DNA of 64,000 nucleotides. It comes from Moorena producens. Its GTDB lineage: Bacteria; Cyanobacteriota; Cyanobacteriia; Cyanobacteriales; Coleofasciculaceae. Below, piece by piece: positions 48,512 to 59,744 of the stretch (position 1 is its first letter; the number at the start of each line of letters is the position of its first letter). The position numbers and the translations under genes were made by a program. Where the stretch lies: NCBI RefSeq assembly GCF_965240435.1, contig NZ_CBDEKO010000003.1. The stretch is one strand, 5' to 3'. The notes below the pieces were generated by a model. It was not told the origin of the DNA and ran no database searches. It worked only from the letters and a program-made list of their open reading frames with translations.

Positions 48512-48682
48512 TATTAAATTTACAGTCTTTTTTTCTAAATCTTCTATAATATACTGTCCATTTATCTAATCATAATTTCTGGGAATTTACTTAATTGGTA
48601 CTTGGTAATGGTGGTTTAACTACCGATTACTAATTACCGATTACGGAGACCCCATCACCTGGTAGTAAAAATATTGATATTA

Positions 48683-48721
48683 AAAAAGAGGCGCACGCTA
48701 CGCGAACGCCTCTTTTCTTTA
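48683..48721 (-). terminator. rho-independent terminator downstream of the 48823-50061 gene
   Basis: + strand aaaaaagaggcgcacgctacgcgaacgcctcttttcttt. On the minus strand a 9-bp GC stem is followed by tttttt. Confidence 0.65.
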
Positions 48722-48822
48722 GACCTCTTGCCGAAATACCGATTAGGGGAAGGATTTGGAGCTAAATATCTTCGTTTTTCCAATAAGTCTCTTCCGAAAT
48801 GCTTCGCCCCTAAGACTCGATG

Positions 48823-50061
48823 TTAGGCGAAGTAGAAGTCAGAATGCTTAAGCTGGTTTAGATTCACACCTTCAAACAAGACTTCTCCACCTTTTGCGTC
48901 AGATAAGAGAGCGCCATTACTAGTATTAGTAAGGTAACCCTGATTTATCCCATTGTTGTACCAAGTTTTGGAGTCAATTCGACCAAAACCTTGGAATTGA
49001 ACCTTATCTAAACCAACTTGGAAGTCTTTGATGATATCGAAGTCATTTCCAAGCAAGCTATCGATCCGATTGAACACAAATGTGTCAGCGCCATTGCCAC
49101 CAACCATGGTGTCACTGCCACCGCCACCTACCAAAGTGTCGTCACCAAAACTGCCATGAAGTTTATCATCACCAAATCCTCCATTCAGCTTATCGTTGCC
49201 TTTACCTCCTTCCAGGATGTCATCGCCAGTAAGTCCGTGAATTGAATCATCGCCTAAGCTAGCATAAATTTTGTCATTACCGAAAGTGCCACGAAGCTTA
49301 TCATCCCAAATACTTCCATAGCGGACATTCTTGCCCAGGCTGTTGATTAAGGTATCTCCTAACAAATTAACGCCATTGTTATTAACTTCTACGATCGTGA
49401 TCTTGGTATCACGGTCAAAAGTTTGCTGATAAGTCCCTTTGGCTGAACCCTTGACGAAGTCTACGCCGTTGTTGCCATCAATATCAGTAGTTTTAAAAGG
49501 ACGGTTAAGTTTGACGTTGCCACTAGAGCCAAAATCCAAGTCGCCGATTTGACGGGAAGAGATTAAATCACCAGCAATGCCAAAAAAACCTTTAACCTTA
49601 GCTTTACTGGCATTTTCAGTCTCTAACACCAGAAAACCTATGTTTGACTTGGCCTGAGAATATTCCCGATTAGAATTTTCAATTTCTTTAGCTGTTAGTC
49701 GTAAATCTGCTGAGAAATTGAAAGAGAATTGTTGATGAGCTGCAACAGAAAAACTAGCAACTACTTTAGTGTTACTTTGCGAACGACTCTTAAAAGCACC
49801 ATCAAAACCAGCCGCAGTAGCTTGACTAAATAGTGTAGAGAAGGTTGGGTTATTGACAAAAGTGGCGTCAGCATTAGCAAGGGCAAAACCCACACCATTC
49901 TTGACTAAAGTCCGCGCCTGAATTTGAGTCAAAAACCCCGACGCTGCTTGACTATAGTTGGTGAACTTGGCGCTTCCTGTAGCGTCAGCAAAGTTGGGTT
50001 TGGAGTTAGGGGTTTTAACAATTGGCAAAAATAAAGTATTTGATCCCATGAAAATCTCCAT
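48823..50061 (-). CDS. RTX calcium-binding repeat protein (paralog, no lectin domain)
   Basis: N-terminal domain paralogous to the 46607 gene (NSKPNFADATGSAKFTNYSQA...FSFNFSA...AKEIENSNREYSQAKS). Repeats GNDKIYASLGDDSIHGLTGDDILEGGKGNDKLNGGFGDDKLHGSFGDDTLVGGGGSDTMVGGNGADTFVF. C-terminus KHSDFYFA. Confidence 0.75.
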   Translation of the reverse strand: MEIFMGSNTLFLPIVKTPNSKPNFADATGSAKFTNYSQAASGFLTQIQARTLVKNGVGFALANADATFVNNPTFSTLFSQATAAGFDGAFKSRSQSNTKVVASFSVAAHQQFSFNFSADLRLTAKEIENSNREYSQAKSNIGFLVLETENASKAKVKGFFGIAGDLISSRQIGDLDFGSSGNVKLNRPFKTTDIDGNNGVDFVKGSAKGTYQQTFDRDTKITIVEVNNNGVNLLGDTLINSLGKNVRYGSIWDDKLRGTFGNDKIYASLGDDSIHGLTGDDILEGGKGNDKLNGGFGDDKLHGSFGDDTLVGGGGSDTMVGGNGADTFVFNRIDSLLGNDFDIIKDFQVGLDKVQFQGFGRIDSKTWYNNGINQGYLTNTSNGALLSDAKGGEVLFEGVNLNQLKHSDFYFA

Positions 50062-50115
50062 TTTTATATTGGCTTATTCCGGGAATCATTATAAATAGCA
50101 TTAATCAATAATGAG

Positions 50116-50128
50116 CGCCATTTTGGCG
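50116..50128. promoter_or_regulatory. CGCCAAAATGGCG motif ~65 bp upstream of the RTX gene start at 50061 (minus strand)
   Basis: + strand gagcgccattttggcggctg; a second half-site gccgccaaaatg at 50149-50160. Confidence 0.45.
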
Positions 50129-50254
50129 GCTGATTTTGATGACAATAAGCCGCCAAAATGTTAAGCATTAAGCTATTTATCAGCAGTCAGCTAATGCTCT
50201 AGTAGTGATAATATAGCGTTTTTATTTGAGTCGTGAACACACCTCTTGCCCCAA

Positions 50255-50295
50255 GAGGCAAAAGCCAAGAGGCAAAAGCCAAGAGGCAAAAGAGA
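50255..50295. repeat. 12-bp tandem repeat (ccaagaggcaaaag x3)
   Basis: ccccaagaggcaaaagccaagaggcaaaagccaagaggcaaaagag. Confidence 0.9.
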
Positions 50296-50394
50296 TCCGA
50301 AGTTTTATTGGATAATAAAAAAAGACCTTCTAGGTTTATATCTCATTTAGAAATTTTATAGTAAACATTTAGCTATCAGTAATCATCTCATGAT

Positions 50395-50450
50395 AAAATA
50401 AGCGATCAAGCGTGCGCGTAGCGCAATCGCTTGATCGCCTCTTTGGGTTT
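50395..50450 (-). terminator. rho-independent terminator-like hairpin downstream of the 50700-51983 gene
   Basis: aagcgatcaagcgtgcgcgtagcgcaatcgcttgatcgcctctt. On the minus strand the stem gcgatcaagcg/cgcttgatcgc is followed by a T-rich tail. Confidence 0.5.
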
Positions 50451-50699
50451 GGCTTCAATGAATTAGAGCAAAACTTAGGAAAAACTGGGAACTAAACCTT
50501 ATAAGTACTAGTAGGGTGCCTTATTAACACACTTTACAAGTAATCCCAATTTTTAAAAGTAAGATTAAAGATTTAGATGGGAAGATAGGTAGATAGGGAG
50601 ATGGGGAGATAAAATTTATCTCTAGCCCTATCAGCCTTAAGAATTGCTATAAATTTACGGAGTTAGTCCTGTAGAGTATTCGCCATCTGGAATTAAGTT

Positions 50700-51983
50700 T
50701 TAAGCATCGAAGACGAAGTCAGAGTGACTAAGCTCGTGGGCATTAACCCCTTCAAACAAGACTTTTCCACCATAATTTGAATGGAATAGCGCACCATCAT
50801 GGGTATCGGTGAGCCGACCTTCAGCAATTACTCCACTGAACCAATAGGAAGAATCAATATAACCCCAGCCTGAGAATTCAATGTGATCGACACCAACCTC
50901 AAAGTCTTTGATCACATCATATTCACCGGATAACAAACTCTGATTTAGCTCAAAAACGAATTGGTCAGCGCCACTACCACCAGTCATCACATCGCTACCA
51001 CTACCACCAATCAGGATATCATCATCATGACCACCGAATAACGTATCATTGTGGTAACCACCGACTAAGGTATCCTCGCCAAAACTGCCATGGAGTTTAT
51101 CATAACCATTATCCCCATAGAGTTTATCGTCGCCTTTACCTCCTTCGAGGATATCATTACCACCATAGCCATAGACAATATCATCCCCTAGGCTGCTATA
51201 GATTTTGTCCCCATAATCAGTTCCATGAAGTTTATCATTCCAAATACTTCCATAGTGGACATCATTGCCCAGGTTATAGATTAAGCTATCTCCCAACAAC
51301 TGAATTGTACTGGTATTTACTTCTACTACAGTTAAATTGGTATCACGGTTAAACCAACGCTCATATTCTCCTGTCGTTGAGCCGTTGAGGTAGTCTATGC
51401 CATTGTTACCATTAATATCTGTAGTTTTATAAGGATAATCAACGGTAACATTATAACTTGCTCCAACGTTCAATTTGCCAACTTGACTAGAAGAAATTAA
51501 ATTACCCTTGAAGCCAAAATAATCTAACAGTCTGGTATAACCATTGGTTGTGTCTAATACAAAAAAGTAACTGCCTGACTTTGCGGAAGCATATTCAGTA
51601 TTGGAATTTTCAATTTCTTTTGAGTCAAGTTGTACAGCGGTTGAGAAATCAAACGAGAACTTCTCATAAGCACCAACGGAAAAATTACCAACTACCTTAG
51701 CCTTACTATTAGCAAATACTTCATAAGCGCCCTCAGTACCAACTCCAGCACTTTGAGTGAAGAGTTCAGAAAAAGTTGGGTCATTGATAAAAGCGGCGTC
51801 AGCATTAGCAATCGCCTGACTTAAACCATCGTTGACAAAAGTCTGCGCTTGGGCATCAGTCAAATTCCCTGAAGGACTGTGACTGTATCCTGTAAACTGA
51901 GCGCCTCCGGTCGCATTAGCAAAGTTAGGTTTAGGGTTATAGGTTTGAGATTTAAGGGATAAGAATAGAGTATCTGATGTCAT
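50700..51983 (-). CDS. RTX calcium-binding repeat protein (paralog)
   Basis: N-terminal domain paralogous to the other two. Repeats GDDIVYGYGGNDILEGGKGDDKLYGDNGYDKLHGSFGEDTLVGGYHNDTLFGGHDDDILIGGSGSDVMTGGSGADQFVF. C-terminus SHSDFVFDA. Confidence 0.75.
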   Translation of the reverse strand: MTSDTLFLSLKSQTYNPKPNFANATGGAQFTGYSHSPSGNLTDAQAQTFVNDGLSQAIANADAAFINDPTFSELFTQSAGVGTEGAYEVFANSKAKVVGNFSVGAYEKFSFDFSTAVQLDSKEIENSNTEYASAKSGSYFFVLDTTNGYTRLLDYFGFKGNLISSSQVGKLNVGASYNVTVDYPYKTTDINGNNGIDYLNGSTTGEYERWFNRDTNLTVVEVNTSTIQLLGDSLIYNLGNDVHYGSIWNDKLHGTDYGDKIYSSLGDDIVYGYGGNDILEGGKGDDKLYGDNGYDKLHGSFGEDTLVGGYHNDTLFGGHDDDILIGGSGSDVMTGGSGADQFVFELNQSLLSGEYDVIKDFEVGVDHIEFSGWGYIDSSYWFSGVIAEGRLTDTHDGALFHSNYGGKVLFEGVNAHELSHSDFVFDA

Positions 51984-53443
51984 AAACGTCTAGGTTGTTC
52001 TGTTCACTTAATTAACTTAATTATCAATATTGGGAAGGGATAATGGGAAATAAGCGCGTTTGTATCTGGGTTGTCAACACACTTCTTGCAGGAATTGGCT
52101 TGCATACAAGAGGAACCCACCTCTAACCCCTACCAGGAGGGTAAGTAAGGCAAGATGGTAAAGATATCCGGAGTTTTATTGTTCAATAAAACAAACCTTA
52201 TAGGTTGACAGTTTATACAAAAAACGCTATATTATCCAACGGCTAATTTCACCAATTTATTGATAGTAAAACCATAAAAAAAATCAAAATAATAGATCTG
52301 CCAATTTGTCATTTTTTATTATTTATTTTTGTAACCTTTACGTTTATTAATAGGTAACTATAGGATTGATGAAGTAAATGTAAACCTAGGGATTATTTTT
52401 TTTTAAAATAAAAATAACGATCAAGAAAAATAGGTAAGTTAACTGTTGATTAACTTATAGCAAGTCCGGAGGATGATCGATAATTAACAATATCCGCGTA
52501 TCCCCGTTCTTTCCTCCCCTTACTTCTCCCCCTCTCCCGATCAGTTTTAATGATTAGTATTTAAGGGTCGATGATATTACGACCAAATAGGAAGTATGGT
52601 GCTCTGTAAGCTGGCATTTTTTTGAGGGGTATCACCCCTAGGGTAATTGACAAACCCTATCACACTATTACGGATCACAAAGCTTCTCTAGAAGCTGAGA
52701 CATAGCTGTTCTTGTGAATTTTATTTAAATTTTATAATAAGATTTGATGAAGACTTGGTAAAGTACTTGTGAGACTATTGATAACTACTAAACTGATTAT
52801 ATGAATAATTAGTTTAGTAAAAATGTTATGAAAACTTGACCAATCTATCGACCTGGTTAAGTTCAATCTGACCACTTAACTTCAATGAGATTTGATTAAG
52901 ATTTATTGAAGATGTCTTCAAAACCGTGATTTTATCGTAAAAATAACTTGACAGCGCCGATTTACTTCACATAGGATGATTCCGGAGATTGTCCTTGGGG
53001 TTAGTGGTAAGGAATATTATGTAAAAAAGGAAATATGTAAATTAAGAAATATGTAAAGATATTGAGTTTTCAGGGGAAAAAACTCATAATTGATTTCACA
53101 AGCTTTTCATAAAGTTACCGAAAAAATGGCGATCAGCCTCCCGGAACAAGGGTGACCATCAAATTATTACTTATTTACCTGGATTAGCTGGGATTGCTTA
53201 GGTTGCATCAAACGGCAAACACTTGTTGGATGCCACAGTACTCCTAAGTCAACTCCTAAGTCAACCCCAGGGAACACTACTGGGACTATCGCTAGGGAAA
53301 ATGGGAGAAAAGAGTCTATGTGACTACCCAGAGCACTGTTTGATCAATCAGGACTTGTGCCAATCAAATGGGGTCAAAGACTCAAGCTAACCATGGCGCT
53401 AGTCAAGACATGGCAAAACTCACTAACGAAGGGGTTCTAGCTA

Positions 53444-56400
53444 ATGCATCAGAAAACGGTCGGTTTAGAAGAATCAGGGCAACCACCAGATTCCCTTGGC
53501 CAATACCCGACCCATAAATCTTCCGAGGTTATTGAACACCTAATCGCGAACTGGTTGGATAAGACACTAGTAAATACACTATTACCTGAATTTAGTCAAT
53601 CCTTCCAAATTCATAACTTTGATCTAGGTGATGAAATTATACCCCATCCTAGACGGGATTTAAGCCAAGATTCTGTTCAAAATGAACCAAATAAGTATTT
53701 TTACGTGGTCTGTCGCGGGCGGGTGCGGCTGCTAAGCTTTGATGAGGAAAAACAGCGGGATGTATCCGTACAGGTTCTTGAAGAGGGGGCAAGCTTTGGG
53801 GCTGAGGAACGGTTGTGCAACCTATCTTATTCTTACCAAGCGATCGCTGCGAGTTCAGGACAGATTGCTCGGATGTCCTTAGCTGAACTCGAATCTTGGT
53901 TAGAACAGCTACCGGAGTGGCTTGAACACCTACAGCAACAAGCTCAGCACCGGCAACGCTTGATTTTCTTCAAGACCTTGACAGAATTGCGTACCCTTGA
54001 CAGCATCACCCTACAGCAATTGTTGCCCTACCTGGTAGACACATGGATTTCCGCTGGGGAGTCCTTAGTTGAGTCTGGCCAAGTTGGTCGTTACTGGCTA
54101 CGTAGTGGTCAGATTGAAAGGGGCCCAGTTCAAGAGAATTGCCGACTCACCATTGCAAGGGGCGAAAGTTGGGGCTATCCTCAGCCAGTGCCGGAAGATT
54201 GGATTGCCCAAAGCGATTTATGGGTAACCCATCTACCAAAGGAACATTGGGAAACTGCCCAACTCCTGGCACCAGTGCTGGCAAGGTTGAGTCCACAGAC
54301 GGGTCAAAGCTCTGAAAATGGACACCAGAAATCAGACGCCACTAGCACCATACTTCACCAAGTCCGTACTCAGTCCGGTCACAGAGTACCGCTAATTCCA
54401 TCCAACCTCCCTACCAATGGAAATGCTGAAACAGAAAGTAACTCGACCCAGGCTGAGTCTGAACTGATCCCATTTCCCGTACCGACGAAGCGGCATTTTC
54501 TTCAGGGGTTGTGGCAACGCTATCCCTTAATTGAACAGCAATCGTCTTCCGATTGTGGCGCTGCTTGCTTGGCAATGATTGGACGCTACTGGGGCAAACG
54601 ATTTAGTTTGAATTCCCTACGGAATCTGGCTGGGGTGGGGCGTGCTGGGTCATCCTTGAAAGGGTTAGCCAGAGCATCAGAAACCTTGGGATTTCAAGCT
54701 ACTCCAGTCAGAGCTTCTTTAGCTCGCCTAGCGGATCGGAGTAACCCCTGGATTGCTCACTGGCAAGGTGATCATTATATAGTTGTCTATTGGGTCAAAG
54801 GGGAGAAGGTACTTGTTGCGGATCCAGCTGTAGGAAAGCGATCGCTTTCTCGACAACAATTTCTAGAGGGTTGGACAGGATATGCACTGCTTTTGAATCC
54901 CACTCCCCAGCTAGCAGCGACTCCCAATCAAAAGATTTCTCTGAATCGCTTTTGGGGATTGCTATGGCCCCATCGCATAGTCCTGTTGCAAATTATCCTA
55001 GCTTCCCTACTGCTCCAGGTGTTTGGTCTGATTACCCCCCTGTTTACCCAAATCATTTTGGATCGGGTGGTGGTTAACAAAAGTTTTGTTACCCTCAATG
55101 TCTTTGCCATTGGTCTAGTCATCTTTGGACTTTGGAGCATGGGCTTGAGTGTCACCAGACGCTACTTGCTCGATTACTTTTCCAATCGACTCAGTCTTAC
55201 CTTTGTCAGTGGCTTTATTAAATATACACTCACACTACCCCTGAAGTTTTTTGAATCCCGCCAGGTGGGAGACATCCTAACCAGAGTCCAGGAAACTGGG
55301 AAAATTCAGGCGTTCCTCACTCAGCAAGCCATTGCCACTTGGCTGGATGTGGTAATGATGTTTGTCTATGTGGGGTTGATGCTCTACTACAACTGGCACC
55401 TAACCTTGCTGGTGCTGGCAACGATTGTACCGATTGCGATTTTGACCATAGTTGCCAGTCCATTTCTACGGCAAGTGTCCAGGGAAATCTTTAAAGAAGA
55501 GGCGGCACAAAACTCCCTGTTAGTAGAAATGATATCGGGGGTAGCAACTGTCAAAGCAGCAGCCTCTGAACAAGAGGTGCGCTGGCGCTGGGAAGACCGC
55601 CTCACGGGTCAGTTGAATATGGAATTCAAAGGACAGAACTTGGCCAACGGCTTAGGGTCAGTGAGTGGCTTGATTAATAACCTCAGCGGCACGGCTTTAC
55701 TATGGTTGGGAGCAAGTCTGGTAATTCAGGAACAGCTCACGATTGGTCAGTTTGTGGCATTTAATATGCTCATTGGTCGGGTGATTAGCCCGATTTTGTC
55801 TTTGGTGGGACTTTGGGATGAGTTCCAAGAAATATTGGTATCCGTGGAACGGCTCGATGATGTCTTGACCACCCAGCCAGAAGAGAATACCCAAAAACCC
55901 CTGATGCCATTGCCTGCGATCGCGGGGCATGTTCAGTTTGACAATATCAGCTTTCGCTACAGTGAGGATGATGAACAATACATCCTTCAGAACATTTCCT
56001 TCGAGGTTGCCCCTGGAAAGACCATAGCCATTGTTGGACGCAGTGGCTCGGGCAAAAGTACCTTGGTCAGGCTGCTCCAAGGACTCTATCAGCCAACTAC
56101 AGGCCGTATTTTGATTGATAGCCACGACATCCGACATGTTTCTCCCCAGTCTTTGCGCTCTCAATTAGGTGTAGTACCCCAAGAATGCTTTTTGTTTTCA
56201 GGGACAATCTTAGACAACATCACTTTATACAAACCTGAGTATAGTCTCGAACAAGGGGTAGAAGTGGCCAAATTGGCTGAAGCTCATGTGTTTATTCAAA
56301 ACCTGCCCCTGGGATACAACACCAAGGTTGGGGAGCGAGGGTCTAACCTGTCTGGGGGACAACGGCAACGGATTGCGATCGCCCGAGCCTTGCTGGGTAA

Positions 56401-56656
56401 CCCCAAGATTCTGATTCTCGATGAAGCGACTAGCTCCCTAGATACGGAATCAGAGCGACGTTTTCAACAAAATTTAGCTCGCATTAGTCGCGATCGCACT
56501 ACCTTCATCATTGCCCACCGTCTTTCTACGGTGCGCAATGCCGACTGTATACTCGTCCTCGACCAAGGTCTGATCGCAGAGCGCGGTACCCACTCCGAAC
56601 TCATGGCTGAGAAAGGTCTGTACTACCACCTAGCCCAGCAGCAGCTAGATCTTTAA
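53444..56656 (+). CDS. HetC-like exporter paralog 2 (cNMP-binding-like domain, C39 peptidase and ABC transporter)
   Basis: SSDCGAACLAMIGRYWGK C39 motif and the same ABC motifs as the 32992 gene. Roughly 60-65% identity to it over the full length. Confidence 0.85.
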   Translation: MHQKTVGLEESGQPPDSLGQYPTHKSSEVIEHLIANWLDKTLVNTLLPEFSQSFQIHNFDLGDEIIPHPRRDLSQDSVQNEPNKYFYVVCRGRVRLLSFDEEKQRDVSVQVLEEGASFGAEERLCNLSYSYQAIAASSGQIARMSLAELESWLEQLPEWLEHLQQQAQHRQRLIFFKTLTELRTLDSITLQQLLPYLVDTWISAGESLVESGQVGRYWLRSGQIERGPVQENCRLTIARGESWGYPQPVPEDWIAQSDLWVTHLPKEHWETAQLLAPVLARLSPQTGQSSENGHQKSDATSTILHQVRTQSGHRVPLIPSNLPTNGNAETESNSTQAESELIPFPVPTKRHFLQGLWQRYPLIEQQSSSDCGAACLAMIGRYWGKRFSLNSLRNLAGVGRAGSSLKGLARASETLGFQATPVRASLARLADRSNPWIAHWQGDHYIVVYWVKGEKVLVADPAVGKRSLSRQQFLEGWTGYALLLNPTPQLAATPNQKISLNRFWGLLWPHRIVLLQIILASLLLQVFGLITPLFTQIILDRVVVNKSFVTLNVFAIGLVIFGLWSMGLSVTRRYLLDYFSNRLSLTFVSGFIKYTLTLPLKFFESRQVGDILTRVQETGKIQAFLTQQAIATWLDVVMMFVYVGLMLYYNWHLTLLVLATIVPIAILTIVASPFLRQVSREIFKEEAAQNSLLVEMISGVATVKAAASEQEVRWRWEDRLTGQLNMEFKGQNLANGLGSVSGLINNLSGTALLWLGASLVIQEQLTIGQFVAFNMLIGRVISPILSLVGLWDEFQEILVSVERLDDVLTTQPEENTQKPLMPLPAIAGHVQFDNISFRYSEDDEQYILQNISFEVAPGKTIAIVGRSGSGKSTLVRLLQGLYQPTTGRILIDSHDIRHVSPQSLRSQLGVVPQECFLFSGTILDNITLYKPEYSLEQGVEVAKLAEAHVFIQNLPLGYNTKVGERGSNLSGGQRQRIAIARALLGNPKILILDEATSSLDTESERRFQQNLARISRDRTTFIIAHRLSTVRNADCILVLDQGLIAERGTHSELMAEKGLYYHLAQQQLDL

Positions 56657-56817
56657 CCCTGGCATTTATCAAAGTTTGTAAATGTTTTTCGTAAAAAATC
56701 GCTCTCGGGGTGATTAAGTATATCCCCCACTGTGTTCAAGATTGACTTTCGCGAACGTTCGTGTTCTCAGTTCAAATCAATACACACAACACTACCAGTG
56801 ATTATCGGTGAACTATC

Positions 56818-58452
56818 ATGAACAAACCAGAAGCATCTACCCCGTCTAGAGAGGGACTCCCTAAGGGAGAAACCCCTCACCCTAATCTAACCTCAGCTGA
56901 GATTAGATCGATCTATGGAGGGACAGCGGTATCAGCACCACTAGTCCGAGCATCACCTAATCATGTCCCAAATCCGGTCACAGCAACATCATCACTAGGA
57001 GCTACCAACACTGAAAACTGGTCAACAGCCCTACAAAATTTACTGGATCAGCCACCATCGGTACTCCCCCAGAGACTGCTTTTGGGCGGATTCGCCTTCT
57101 GTATGGTTTGTGGGGTTTGGGCAACCTTTGGGCAAATTGACGAAGTGGGTAAAGCCACAGGCAAGTTAGTGCCAAAAGGAGAAGTGTATAAAATTCACCC
57201 GATTGAATCTGGCAAGGTCGCCAAGATTGCGGTCAAAGAAGGGGAATCGGTTACCGCTGGGCAAGTCTTGGTGGAACTGGATACAAAACTTGGTGCTACG
57301 GAAGTAGAGCGTTTGGAGCAACTGATCAATGCTGACCAAATCAAATTAATTCAGATGCAAGGGCTGATTGAAAACATTCGCCAAGAAGCCCAAACCCGTC
57401 AGCAAATTGCCAAAGCGGACATTGACGGACAACAGGCAGCTATCGATCAGGCACAGACTAAAGTAACTGCCTTACGAGAACAACTGATCCAACATCAGCA
57501 GGCAAAAGTCGCCAGTCAGGACAGACTAGAACGGCTAAAACAGCTCAAGGCTACTACCCAAGCACTGCTCCAGCAACGACAGGATGATGCCTTTGCCCTT
57601 AAGGAACGCCTCGATAATCTCAAACCCCTGTTAGCATCAGGGGCAATCTCAAAAGAACAAGTATTTCAAGCAGAACATAGCCTACGAGCGAGTCAGCGGG
57701 TGATTACCCAAACCCAACTGCAAGAAGCAGCCAGTAACCAAGACCAGATTTATCAAGCCCAGCAGAGTATACGCGATCGCAATAGCTCCATCACCCTCAC
57801 TCAGAGCGATCTCAACCAAACCTTAGCAGAAATCCAACGACTTCAAGCAGGTCTAACTCAGAAGCAAGCGGAAGTCCATCGGACTCAGCTCGAGACCAAG
57901 CAAAAACTTCAGCAGTTGGAGATCGAACTGACTCAACTAAATGCCAAAATTGCTGAAAACCGCAATCTGCTAACTAGTGCGAAAGCCAGGCTCAAACAAA
58001 AGTTTCTCTATGCACCGGTAGATGGAGTAGTTTCCTCCCTCAACGTTGCCAATATTGGTGAAGTCTTTCAATCCGGTCAAACCATTGCCGAAGTAGCGCC
58101 CCAAGATGCGCCCCTGGTGTTATCAGCCAGTTTACCTAATCAGGAGGCAGGCTTTATCAAACAAGGAATGCCGGTGCAAATCAAGCTTGATGCCTATCCC
58201 TATCAGGAATACGGCATCATCAAAGGGAAAGTTACTTCCCTTTCTGCTGATGCCAAAACTGATCAACAACTTGGTTCAGTTTATGAGGTAGAAGTTTCCC
58301 TAAACCGTGACTACGTTAAAGAGGACGATCAAATGATCCGATTCAAAGCTGGTCAGACAGCCAAAGCTGACATCATTATCCGCCGCCGTCGGATTGTGGA
58401 TTTCTTGTTAGATCCGATCCGACAGCTGCAAAAAGGTGGTGTCAATCTATAG
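56818..58452 (+). CDS. HlyD-family membrane fusion protein, paralog 2
   Basis: TM segment LLLGGFAFCMVCGVW, coiled-coil, C-terminal ADIIIRRRRIVDFLLDP. Paralog of the 37021 gene. Confidence 0.85.
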   Translation: MNKPEASTPSREGLPKGETPHPNLTSAEIRSIYGGTAVSAPLVRASPNHVPNPVTATSSLGATNTENWSTALQNLLDQPPSVLPQRLLLGGFAFCMVCGVWATFGQIDEVGKATGKLVPKGEVYKIHPIESGKVAKIAVKEGESVTAGQVLVELDTKLGATEVERLEQLINADQIKLIQMQGLIENIRQEAQTRQQIAKADIDGQQAAIDQAQTKVTALREQLIQHQQAKVASQDRLERLKQLKATTQALLQQRQDDAFALKERLDNLKPLLASGAISKEQVFQAEHSLRASQRVITQTQLQEAASNQDQIYQAQQSIRDRNSSITLTQSDLNQTLAEIQRLQAGLTQKQAEVHRTQLETKQKLQQLEIELTQLNAKIAENRNLLTSAKARLKQKFLYAPVDGVVSSLNVANIGEVFQSGQTIAEVAPQDAPLVLSASLPNQEAGFIKQGMPVQIKLDAYPYQEYGIIKGKVTSLSADAKTDQQLGSVYEVEVSLNRDYVKEDDQMIRFKAGQTAKADIIIRRRRIVDFLLDPIRQLQKGGVNL

Positions 58453-59129
58453 CAGGACTAACGCAATTTAGCCATCGACATACTGCCTATAGCGTAATGG
58501 GAGTGGTACTAAATCCAGGTCGATTAACCCTGGTGGCACAACCAGTCAGGGAAGAGGAGTACAAGGGAGGAAAAGGGATTGACTGACAAGTCGTGGGCAA
58601 TGCCGAGTGAGGGAAATTTATGGTCAGAGGTAGATTGAGCTCGGTCATGGAAAAGCTGCTTGAATTCCCTGTGGATACAGGATTTCACAGTCTTTTCACA
58701 AAATCTGATCAAAATATTCATGAAATCTGATCACAATCTGATCAAAATTTTCATAAAGCTCTGTTCAAAATAGTCTTTACTGAGAGTATTTGAAGTGTTT
58801 GAGATTTGTCAGTCAACTAGAAGGGGGGAATAATCTGGTGTTCTCCAAAATGGGGATGATTGATGGAAATTTAGAAGAAGATAATCCTGAGCTATCAATC
58901 GTTATTGATTGGTAAAAAAGAACAGGTTGTGAGATTCTTCGAGATCAACCGATCAGCCAAACACACCATCTGCGGAGGTTTTACAACTCAAATCAGATTC
59001 TTAGATCAGTACTCTAACTCTTCGGTTAATTGACCAACCAGAATCACTGACTATTTAAACTAGAGGTAGAGTTCAAGCGTAAATCCTGTAAATCCAATTC
59101 GTTGACCTTCAGATCACAGAGAAATAATC

Positions 59130-59546
59130 ATGAGTTACTCCATGCTTCGTCGTTCTAATCGCCCACTGGGCAAAACCCTAGATCCTGAAAAGATTAGTTT
59201 GATTGAAGAAGCAATTCGCGATCGCAAGTATTCCTGGGCTTGTGTTTTGATGCTGCGTTATTTGGGTCTTAACCCCATAGAATACATACCGTCACGAACC
59301 TACTGCCGATTGCGACGGGATAACGAGAAAATGGACTCACTCAATCAAGCTACAACCGACACTTTAAAGCAGGATAGGCAAGATGCTCACAAGTGCTTAA
59401 GGAACATTAAAGATCTCGATTATGCAGAGCCCCTTGACAGGAGAAGCCAACTAGTTCAAGGGGGCTCTCAAGAACAGTGGTTTAACAACAAATTGCAAAA
59501 ATTCTACTCAACTTGCAAAAATTCTACTCAACTACTAGGAATGTAA
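59130..59546 (+). CDS. HetP-family protein (paralog 3)
   Basis: [41 protein letters not shown]. Confidence 0.6.
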   Translation: MSYSMLRRSNRPLGKTLDPEKISLIEEAIRDRKYSWACVLMLRYLGLNPIEYIPSRTYCRLRRDNEKMDSLNQATTDTLKQDRQDAHKCLRNIKDLDYAEPLDRRSQLVQGGSQEQWFNNKLQKFYSTCKNSTQLLGM

Positions 59547-59744
59547 GGTTTTTCTAGTGACTGCTAACCTCACCATTGAGGTGAGGGACTGATAGCTCAA
59601 TGCTGACAGTCCCCCAATCCCTGAATTTATTTTGTTTTTCTTAATTTTTTGATACTGCATAAATTGCCTTAATACTCCCAAGTTAGTTTTCCATAACTTG
59701 GGCATTTTTCATAACAATTTGTAACGTTAAACTATCCCTAAAAC

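Noticed and set aside
54790-56164. Internal and antisense ORFs within hetC-like paralog 2 (likewise 33587-35812 in paralog 1)
   Set aside because: They are shadow frames.
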